In this document: positions 46,814-53,564 of the stretch, in pieces
How positions within the stretch are numbered: position 1 is the first letter of the stretch
How the letters are laid out: each line of letters opens with the position of its first letter
DNA from: a virus
IMG/VR virus record: IMGVR_UViG_3300027904_000006
Direction: 5' to 3' (one strand)
Length of the DNA: 64,000 bases
Notes under the pieces: generated by a model
The model's database searches: none
Told to the model about the DNA's origin: nothing
What the model saw: only the letters and a program-made list of their open reading frames with translations
Made by a program: the position numbers and the translations under genes

Positions 46814-47158
46814 ATGGCACTAACAAAAGAAAAACGGGAAGAAATAGTGTCGCATTACACCGAATCGGAGTTTGCGCGGGTAATGAGGCTGGTGGATGAC
46901 TATGCGGTTTTCGAGTTCATCTTGAACGTTTACATAGATTTTCCTGTGCTTATAGGATATATAAACCAGCTCGAATCACGGGAATTAATCCTTGTGGCTT
47001 TAGCAGCCGAAAGCCTGCTGGAATTGGAAAAGATAAACAACGATTGTCCCGAAATGAAATGTCACAACTGCGAAAACAAACAGGAATGCTTGGCTCAGTC
47101 AGTCGAAAAAGCTTTGAGTGATTTATTTTCAGGAGATGACCGCAATGGCAAAATGTAA
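46814..47158 (+). CDS. Hypothetical protein with a Cys cluster
   Basis: 114 aa; AGGGGGAG RBS. Confidence 0.55.
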   Translation: MALTKEKREEIVSHYTESEFARVMRLVDDYAVFEFILNVYIDFPVLIGYINQLESRELILVALAAESLLELEKINNDCPEMKCHNCENKQECLAQSVEKALSDLFSGDDRNGKM

Positions 47159-47399
47159 ATCTTGCGGCGCGGATATCATATGGCTCAAGACCAAGGCCGG
47201 GAAGCTAATGCCCTGCGACGCCAAGCCCGTGCCGTACTGGAAAGAAAACGGCGGGCTGAGCAAGATAGTTACCGGGGGCGGCGAGGTCGTTTCGTGTTCG
47301 TTTGAGCAAATGACGATGACCCCGCCTACGGGCAATGGGTATATCCCGCATTGGGGTACGTGTCCGGAGGCCGACAGCCACAGGAGAAAAAGAACATGA
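47145..47399 (+). CDS. Zinc-ribbon phage protein
   Basis: CKSCGADIIW.KT..GK.MPCD, GYIPHWGTCP. Confidence 0.75.
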   Translation: MAKCKSCGADIIWLKTKAGKLMPCDAKPVPYWKENGGLSKIVTGGGEVVSCSFEQMTMTPPTGNGYIPHWGTCPEADSHRRKRT

Positions 47400-47590
47400 C
47401 ATATTCTGTATGTATGCCACGATTGGACAACATAGGTATCCATAGCCCAGTACCGCCTGATTGGAAACTTGTTTTATGCCCAGAATGCGGCGACGAATGT
47501 TTTGAAACGGATCTGTGCCGCATGATAGTAAAAGACCCAGACAATAAAGCCGTATGTACAAAGTGCGCATTGAAAAAAACGCAATTATAA
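47396..47590 (+). CDS. Small zinc-finger protein
   Basis: CMP, WKLVLCPECGDECF, CTKCAL; ATGA overlap with the upstream gene. Confidence 0.6.
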   Translation: MTYSVCMPRLDNIGIHSPVPPDWKLVLCPECGDECFETDLCRMIVKDPDNKAVCTKCALKKTQL

Positions 47591-47608
47591 AAACCAAGGA
47601 GGGCGCAA

Positions 47609-48253
47609 ATGCCGGTAGCAAAAAAGCAAGAAGTGGAAATGTCGTTCCCCGAGATAGAAATCGTGGAGACGGCAATCAGGATAGTGGGGACAAGCCCGCT
47701 GGTAGTACATAAGTTCAGCGAAAAGGCCAAACGTATGATTCTTGAGAAACAGCAAAAGACAGCTAAGTCCGCTGGAAAGGATGCGCGTAACATCTGGGAG
47801 GATGTTATCGGGGCTTGCTATTGGCTGTCGGAGGAACCCAAGGAATTCACGGAGGAAGCTTTCTACAACGCAATCCAGAACGGCGCCAGGTTCGGCTTCC
47901 CCACTGTCGGCGTCAAGGCCAGTATAGTGTCGGCGGCGTACCGCGCCGGCTGGGTCAAGAATAAGGTCAGCATGAACGGCATGTTCCATATCGACGGCGA
48001 GTTCGTCGAAATTGAGGGCGTGAAGCCCATATGCCGCGAGGATACCGTCACGCTACAGACCGGCGTTACCGACCTGCGCTTCCGGCCCATTTTCCCGGCT
48101 GGCTGGCGCTCGACGCTGAATATCAAATACGTGCCTAAGCTTATTAGCGTCCAGCAGCTTGTCAATGCCATTAATTTTGGCGGGTTCTCAGTCGGGCTTG
48201 GCGAGCACCGGATTGAGAAAGGCGGGACGTGGGGCGCGTATAAGGTCGAATAA
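47609..48253 (+). CDS. RAMP/Cas7-like putative RNA-guided effector (Vipr-like)
   Basis: 214 aa; RBS AAGGAGGG; N-terminal strand IRIVGTSPLVVH, FGFPTVGVKASIVSAA helix, DLRFRPIF..W, and a C-terminal Gly-rich loop GGFSVGLGEHRIEKGGTWGAYKV as in RAMP-fold proteins; directly followed by the pentamer array. Confidence 0.72.
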   Translation: MPVAKKQEVEMSFPEIEIVETAIRIVGTSPLVVHKFSEKAKRMILEKQQKTAKSAGKDARNIWEDVIGACYWLSEEPKEFTEEAFYNAIQNGARFGFPTVGVKASIVSAAYRAGWVKNKVSMNGMFHIDGEFVEIEGVKPICREDTVTLQTGVTDLRFRPIFPAGWRSTLNIKYVPKLISVQQLVNAINFGGFSVGLGEHRIEKGGTWGAYKVE

Positions 48254-48257
48254 ATAC

Positions 48258-49190
48258 GGCAGGCTAGGCGAGTTATGATTTGTTCGATAAGGGCGAGGTA
48301 CGGCAGGCTGGGCGAGGTATGGTAAGGCATGATACGATTGAGTGGGGCAAGGCAGGCGAGGTATGGCCTTCAAGGTCTGATTTGGTAAGGCGAGGTTCGG
48401 CAGGCGTGGCGTGTTCGCGTTGGCTAAGGTAATTACGGCGAGGTTTGGCAGGCGAGGCAAGGCAAGGTATGATTTGGTATGTTCAGTTAAGATGTGGCAG
48501 GTATGGCGTGATTGGCAAGATGAGGCAGGGCAGGTTCGGCCAGGCAAGGTGAGGCAGATTGAGGCCAGGTACGGTGATTGGGTTATGGCAGGCATGGCAA
48601 GTTAAGGCGTGATTGGGTTATGGCAGGCATGGCAAGTTAAGGCGAGGAAAACTGGGAAGGGCGAGGAAGGATGAGGCACGGCAGGTTGGTTGGGGCCGAG
48701 TGTGGACGTTAGGATATGGCATGATTGGGGTTCGGCAGTTTAGGCGAGGCGAGTTAAGCTTGAGTAAGTCAGGTTTAGGCATGGCTGGTTTAGGCATGGC
48801 AGGCATGGCGTTATTTGTCGAGGCATGGTCTGGGCTGGTACATCAGGTTAGGTGTGGCTGGATAGGATGCGTTATGACTATGTGAGGCTTGGCAGGCATG
48901 GTGAGGTTTAGGCTTGGTACGGCGCGTTATGTTAATATGAGGTTTGGCAGTTGAGGCCGGGCAAGGCGAGTCCTGGAGAGTTGAGTTCAGTTCTGGCAGG
49001 CATGGATGGCGAGGCGAACCGCGGCCAGGCCAGGCGTGGCAGGCATGGTATAACGAGGCGAGGAGCGGCCAGTCAGGTCAGGGTATGGCAGGCAAGGTAT
49101 AGGTAGGATGTGGAGTGGTTAATATGGCAATCTGTGGTTGAGTCCGGCAGGCAAGGCTTGGCAGGTGACATAAGGCTGAATGTTTGGTAA
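48258..49190 (+). ncRNA. Array of about 19 GGCA-delimited units of GGY-NN pentamers (candidate guide-RNA array)
   Basis: GGCA(G) boundaries at 48258, 48302, 48351, 48399, 48447, 48496, 48529, 48587, 48622, 48680, 48734, 48798, 48891, 48946, 48995, 49038, 49087, 49146, 49160. Many spacings equal 4+5n (44, 49, 54, 59, 64). Strong G-rich strand bias. Confidence 0.85.
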
Positions 49191-49239
49191 TATATAACAA
49201 ATTCAACACGCGTCTGCGACGTTGCTAAGAAGGTGCAGT

Positions 49240-49656
49240 ATGACAGCCAAGGAATTCCTCAAGCAGACATTTAAAATCGACAGGATTATTGCCGCGAAAA
49301 AGGAGCAAATGCAAAGTCTAATCGACCAGCTTGACGGCACGGGGATTCAGTATAAGCACGATAAGATATGCGCTTCCGGCCCCCTTGACAGGGAAGCCGA
49401 AATGCTTGCCTCACTCAATGATTTGCAAGACCTTTTCGTCATCGGCGTTACCCGGCTGTTGCGCCTAAAGTACGACATTACGGTCATGGTTGACCAGATA
49501 GATGACCTTGACTGCCGCTTAGTCCTATTTGAGCGTTACATCAACCTGAAAGACTGGAAAGACGTAGCCCTGGACAACAGCCTTAGCTGGAGTACCGTAC
49601 ATAGGCTTCACGCAAAAGCCCTTAATGAAATCGAAAAAAAACTAGCCCAAGATTAA
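49240..49656 (+). CDS. RinA/ArpU-like late-gene transcriptional activator (DUF1492-like)
   Basis: MTAKEFLKQ, LFERYI..KDW..VA, W..VHRLHAKAL. Confidence 0.85.
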   Translation: MTAKEFLKQTFKIDRIIAAKKEQMQSLIDQLDGTGIQYKHDKICASGPLDREAEMLASLNDLQDLFVIGVTRLLRLKYDITVMVDQIDDLDCRLVLFERYINLKDWKDVALDNSLSWSTVHRLHAKALNEIEKKLAQD

Positions 49657-49841
49657 ATGTACTGGGCTAGTTTTTTTGGCTCCGGCCTGGATTCCATCTC
49701 GTTCACATACCGGATTATCAGTTCGCGCGCCTGCCCGGACATCGTCCGGTTGTCCGCTTTCGACCACTTCTTGAATTTTTCAGCCGTAACCCTGTCAATG
49801 TTGACCGAGATAGTCGTGTCTGTTTCCCTGTTTATAGGCAT
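49653..49841 (-). CDS. Ribbon-helix-helix (Arc-like) regulator
   Basis: TISVNIDRVTAEKFKKWSKADNRTMSGQARELI. Confidence 0.7.
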   Translation of the reverse strand: MPINRETDTTISVNIDRVTAEKFKKWSKADNRTMSGQARELIIRYVNEMESRPEPKKLAQYI

Positions 49842-49873
49842 CCATAGCCCTCCTTTCCTCATGCCTTTCAAAG

Positions 49874-49884
49874 TATATATCGAC
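49874..49884 (-). promoter_or_regulatory. Fifth copy of the GTCGATATATA motif
   Basis: About 33 bp upstream of the 49841 start codon. Confidence 0.55.
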
Positions 49885-50057
49885 ACTTATATATTTATTA
49901 TAAATAACTTTCAGAAAAATATCAATATATTTTTCAAATATGTTCTTTACTGTTAAGTAAATAATTGGTTTGGAATAAAAAGACAGAGATGTTAAGTTTT
50001 TCTTAATAACTGCCGATATAGATAAATAACAGGCCCGTGAAATGGCTTAAAATGGTT

Positions 50058-50115
50058 ATACACACAACTACATACACATAACTGTATACAGTTATGTGTA
50101 TGTAGTTGTGTGTAT
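50058..50115. repeat. Perfect 58-bp palindrome (candidate centromere)
   Basis: ATACACACAACTACATACACATAACTGTA|TACAGTTATGTGTATGTAGTTGTGTGTAT; no loop, no mismatch; abuts the stop of the RHH gene. Confidence 0.95.
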
Positions 50116-50396
50116 CATAAAACGGATTCCAGCACGTCGTTCACAAACTCGTTGACGCTCTTGTTTTCCGCGTCAGCCTTTGCCTTGACCCTCTCGTACA
50201 GGCTTGGCCGCATGAGCAGCTGCAAGCGCCGCGTCTTGCTCTCTATATACAGAGGGTTCAGCTTGTAGCCTTCCGGGGCCTCTAGCCGTTCCGCGTTGAC
50301 AGTTACGATATGTGGGGTTTTCGGGTCGGGCGCGTCTATGAACTGCATGGCAGGGTTTAGGCTGCCGATATCCTGTTTGAAGCTTTTGCTTGCCAT
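50115..50396 (-). CDS. ParG/CopG-like RHH partition protein
   Basis: C-terminal RHH RRLQLLMRPSLYERVKAKADAENKSVNEFVNDVL with a flexible N-terminus; coupled to parA. Confidence 0.75.
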   Translation of the reverse strand: MASKSFKQDIGSLNPAMQFIDAPDPKTPHIVTVNAERLEAPEGYKLNPLYIESKTRRLQLLMRPSLYERVKAKADAENKSVNEFVNDVLESVL

Positions 50397-51160
50397 TACA
50401 TATCCCCTTTTAAGAATTCATCTGTGAACGCGGCGTAGTCGGAGGCCGCGTTGCTCTTTGGGGCATACTCGTATATGTCCTTTTTTACCGCCTGCGCTTC
50501 CCTGATGGCCGCGCATTCCCGTATCTTCACGCCGTACAGCCGCGTGTCGAGCTGTGCGGCCGTGTCCTGAAGCATCTCCGCAATCTCGCGGGCAATGACC
50601 AGGCGCGGGCTAAAGCGCGTTATAATGATTCCCATGACGGCCAGGGCCGGGTTGCAGTATTTCTTCACGGCGCGTATCGTTTCAAAAAGCTGCGCTATGC
50701 CCTGTAAGCTGTACACGTCAGCCTGCGCCGGGATGATACAGCCGGTGGAGGCCGTCAGCGCGTTCACCGTGAGTATGCCAAGCGCGGGCGGGGTATCTAT
50801 TATCACGTAGTCATAAGCCCCGCCAAGCGCACCCAACGCCTCTTTCAAGCGGTATTCCTTGCCGGTCGACGAGATAACTATGTCGGCCCCGGCCATGGCC
50901 GGGGAACCGGCTATTATATCCCCCAGCGGCGCTTTCTGTACCGCTTCGCCGATTCTTGTTTCACCGTACAGCACATGCATGATACTCCATTTTGTTGCAT
51001 TCATCAGGGAAGCGCCCATACTGCTTGACAGGTTGCACTGCGCGTCAAGGTCGATGAAAAGCACCCTGTAGTTTTTGCGGATCAGCCCCGCCCCAAGCGC
51101 AAGCGCCGTTGTGGACTTGCCGACGCCGCCTTTTTGGTTTGTGACCGCGATTATCTTCAT
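50396..51160 (-). CDS. parA: ParA/Soj Walker-type partition ATPase
   Basis: NQKGGVGKST, IDLDAQCNL, IIDTPP, no N-terminal HTH (type Ib-like). Confidence 0.95.
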   Translation of the reverse strand: MKIIAVTNQKGGVGKSTTALALGAGLIRKNYRVLFIDLDAQCNLSSSMGASLMNATKWSIMHVLYGETRIGEAVQKAPLGDIIAGSPAMAGADIVISSTGKEYRLKEALGALGGAYDYVIIDTPPALGILTVNALTASTGCIIPAQADVYSLQGIAQLFETIRAVKKYCNPALAVMGIIITRFSPRLVIAREIAEMLQDTAAQLDTRLYGVKIRECAAIREAQAVKKDIYEYAPKSNAASDYAAFTDEFLKGDM

Positions 51161-51372
51161 CCTGCGCCCTCTTTCATATGCCGCGCCAATCCTTTTGCGT
51201 GTCGTATTTTATTTTATTATATACCATTGTGCTAATCTGTGTATACAACCAAATGAATACCGTTATACACATACACATTAATAAATCCAAATTATAACAT
51301 TGACCTTATGCATATTGTGTCACATAATAGGCGATAATTAGTTATTGTGAAACAAAAAGGGGGGATGTTAAA

Positions 51373-52464
51373 TTGGCAAGGTTAAAAAAACGGAAAGACG
51401 GGCGGTATCAGCGGCTAATAGGCGTAGTCGACGAAAACGGGAAGCCGGTATTGGATGAGGACGGCAAGCGTAAACGCAAGCCGGTATACGGGAAGACGCT
51501 AAAGGAGTTGAACGAAAACGCGGACAAGGCGGTTGAGGAAATGAAAGCAAAAACGATTGCCTCAACCATGAAAATGTCCGAACTGTGTTCGTTGTGGCTG
51601 GACAGCAAATCCTCCAAGGCGTACAATACGTGGCACTCCTACGAATCTACGCTCAACGCGCATATAATACCCGCCCTTGGCGGCCTGTGCGTGTCCCAGG
51701 TAACTGTAGACGATATCGAAAAGCTAATAAACCCTATCATAGCAAAGGGGCAAAACAGGACGGCCCTGAAAGTATTCACCGCGCTGCGCCAGATTTTTAA
51801 GAGGGCGCTGATAAAGGACATCATACTCGTAAGCCCTATGCTGCATGTCGAAAAGCCCGTGTATATGAAGCCCAAACGGCGCGCGTTGAAGCAAAAGGAG
51901 TTAGAGGCGATAAGAGAGGCCGATTTTACACTGAAAGAAAAAGCGTTCGTTTCAATACTGCACCGCACCGGAATCCGCATTGGGGAGCTTTTGGCGCTTC
52001 ATGTCTCAGACCTTGATTTTGACACTGATACGTTTACTGTAAACAAGGATATTTACTATGTCGGGAACAGCCCGCACGTCAAGAATATGCCGAAAACGGA
52101 GGCAGGGGTCAGGACTATCCCTATCGCGGACGATTTGAAAGCCGTATTGTCCGAGTATATCCCGACGCTTGCGGACGGGTCAGATATCCTTTTCCCATAC
52201 CAAGGCTCGTATATGACTTTTTCAGTCCTCCGGCGCTTCTGGGCAAAAATAATCGGCAAGATAAAAAGCAAAGGCGTCGAGGCCAACGAGATAACCGCGC
52301 ACATGTTCCGGCACAACTGGCTTACGGAGTTAATGCGCAAGGGCGCGGATATAAAAACAATCCAGAAATTGGCGGGGCACTCTAAATCGGAGGTGCTTCT
52401 TGACATATATTTGCATGAGGTTGAAGATACCGTCGAAACAGCCCGTAAGTTGTTAAATTCTTAA
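51373..52464 (+). CDS. int: Tyrosine integrase
   Basis: N-terminal arm-binding-like RKDGRY...VYGKT; catalytic TGIRIGE, KT, HMFRH and final Y (LLDIYLH). Confidence 0.93.
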   Translation: MARLKKRKDGRYQRLIGVVDENGKPVLDEDGKRKRKPVYGKTLKELNENADKAVEEMKAKTIASTMKMSELCSLWLDSKSSKAYNTWHSYESTLNAHIIPALGGLCVSQVTVDDIEKLINPIIAKGQNRTALKVFTALRQIFKRALIKDIILVSPMLHVEKPVYMKPKRRALKQKELEAIREADFTLKEKAFVSILHRTGIRIGELLALHVSDLDFDTDTFTVNKDIYYVGNSPHVKNMPKTEAGVRTIPIADDLKAVLSEYIPTLADGSDILFPYQGSYMTFSVLRRFWAKIIGKIKSKGVEANEITAHMFRHNWLTELMRKGADIKTIQKLAGHSKSEVLLDIYLHEVEDTVETARKLLNS

Positions 52465-52466
52465 TG

Positions 52467-52487
52467 TGTAGTCAAAAATGTAGTCAA
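52467..52487 (+). promoter_or_regulatory. Integrase arm-type-like direct repeat
   Basis: TGTAGTCAA at 52467-52475 and 52479-52487, immediately after the int stop. Confidence 0.65.
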
Positions 52488-52515
52488 GGTGGGCTGGAAG
52501 CCCCATACAACCATG

Positions 52516-52547
52516 AAAGACAGAGGTTAAATAAACCTCTGTCTTTT
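52516..52547. terminator. 13-bp inverted repeat between convergent genes (bidirectional terminator or recombination site)
   Basis: AAAGACAGAGGTT-AAATA-AACCTCTGTCTTT. Confidence 0.65.
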
Positions 52548-52953
52548 ATTGCGCTTGGTCGTGCCCGGCGTAATACTCGTCAAGGCTTATCTGGCCTTGG
52601 ATGTGCCGCCTCAAATCCTTGATTACCTTTTTGCTTTTGGCTATGCGCCGGTTTTCCTCCTGAATGAGCAGGTTGAGTTCGGCTATGCTTGCCGTGGTCA
52701 GGTCTACGTAAATATAGCCGCTTCCTATGCGTATACTGCGGATTGCCCTGTGTTCATGCTCATTGTCGCTGTAAACCCCGCTTAGTATCTGGCGTATCCT
52801 CTGTTTCTTGGCGCTTTCCAAGAGCGCCCTCGGGCTGTTGCTGTCAAACAGGCCGACGCGCTCCGCTATCTCAACCGCGTCGTCAATGCTTACCCGACCC
52901 ACTGCCCGGCATTTGGCTATGAACTCTTTTGTCGCTGTCGTTGTATTAATCAT
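52546..52953 (-). CDS. Hypothetical helical protein, possible accessory of the RAMP/array locus
   Basis: 135 aa; GRVSIDDAVEI..LFD, KKQRIRQIL, GYIYVD, GQISL; family recalled from memory only. Confidence 0.55.
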   Translation of the reverse strand: MINTTTATKEFIAKCRAVGRVSIDDAVEIAERVGLFDSNSPRALLESAKKQRIRQILSGVYSDNEHEHRAIRSIRIGSGYIYVDLTTASIAELNLLIQEENRRIAKSKKVIKDLRRHIQGQISLDEYYAGHDQAQ

Positions 52954-53018
52954 GGCCGCCCCCTCAGATTAAACGACATTCTTATTGCATTTTACCACAA
53001 ATCAGGCAAATAAAAAAA

Positions 53019-53059
53019 GGGAGCAGGATAACGGGTTTTTGCCCCGTTACCCTGCTCCC
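53019..53059 (-). terminator. Rho-independent terminator after the lysis region
   Basis: GGGAGCAGG..TAACGGG/CCCGTTA..CCTGCTCCC stem with a 7-nt U-tract on the minus strand. Confidence 0.8.
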
Positions 53060-53551
53060 TCAATATTTCAAGTTGTGCTTGCCTGTCAGCGTGCCGCTCA
53101 TTGTCTCAACCAAATCTATCGGGCTTTTGCAGTTCCGGCATTGCAATTCCGTTAACCCGTTCAAGAGTTTCATGTTATAGAATTTAGTATCGCAGTTGGG
53201 GCAGTCGCCGGAAGCGTTTTTGATATCGCTTATCTGCAATTCATACCCGCATAGGCATGATATGACGTCGCCTATATCGGTTTCCCTGGATACCTTGATA
53301 ACCTTATGCTTGCCGCAACTGCCGCACTTGTAGGCCAGAAGCTTAGTTTCTGGCTGGACACGGCTGTGTTCATGGGCAGGCTCCTTTTCAGGTTTGGCCT
53401 TAGCCGGGGCCTCGTCTACATCCAACTCTTTTTTGGGTACATTCGCGTCCCTAAGCCGCTTGATAAACTCAACCAAAAGCCACATCGCGTCGAACTCGCT
53501 TAACTGGGCAGTTAAGCGGGTACCGTTTTCCAGAATCAGCGCAACTTTCAT
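53060..53551 (-). CDS. Multi-zinc-ribbon protein
   Basis: CGSCG, CLCG, CPNC and CRNC pairs. Confidence 0.65.
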   Translation of the reverse strand: MKVALILENGTRLTAQLSEFDAMWLLVEFIKRLRDANVPKKELDVDEAPAKAKPEKEPAHEHSRVQPETKLLAYKCGSCGKHKVIKVSRETDIGDVISCLCGYELQISDIKNASGDCPNCDTKFYNMKLLNGLTELQCRNCKSPIDLVETMSGTLTGKHNLKY

Positions 53552-53564
53552 AAATCACATCATC

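Noticed and set aside
48188-48885. ORFs 48188-48595 (-), 48411-48605 (+), 48613-48885 (+) and 48618-48806 (-)
   Set aside because: Low-complexity translations of the pentamer array (PCLA/GMAG-like repeats). The 5-nt periodicity and GGCA register are not explained by codon structure.
48258-49190. Classical CRISPR array
   Set aside because: No conserved 23-47-bp repeat alternating with unique spacers, and no cas1/cas2. Conservation is at the pentamer level.
48258-49190. Specific self-targets for decoded guides
   Set aside because: By-eye comparison of a few gapped NN strings with promoter regions gave no convincing match. A computational search is needed.
50058-50115. Confirmed hairpin-telomere (telRL) site
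   Set aside because: No recognisable protelomerase. The palindrome abuts a ParA/RHH pair and shares motifs with the parA promoter, so a centromere is more parsimonious.
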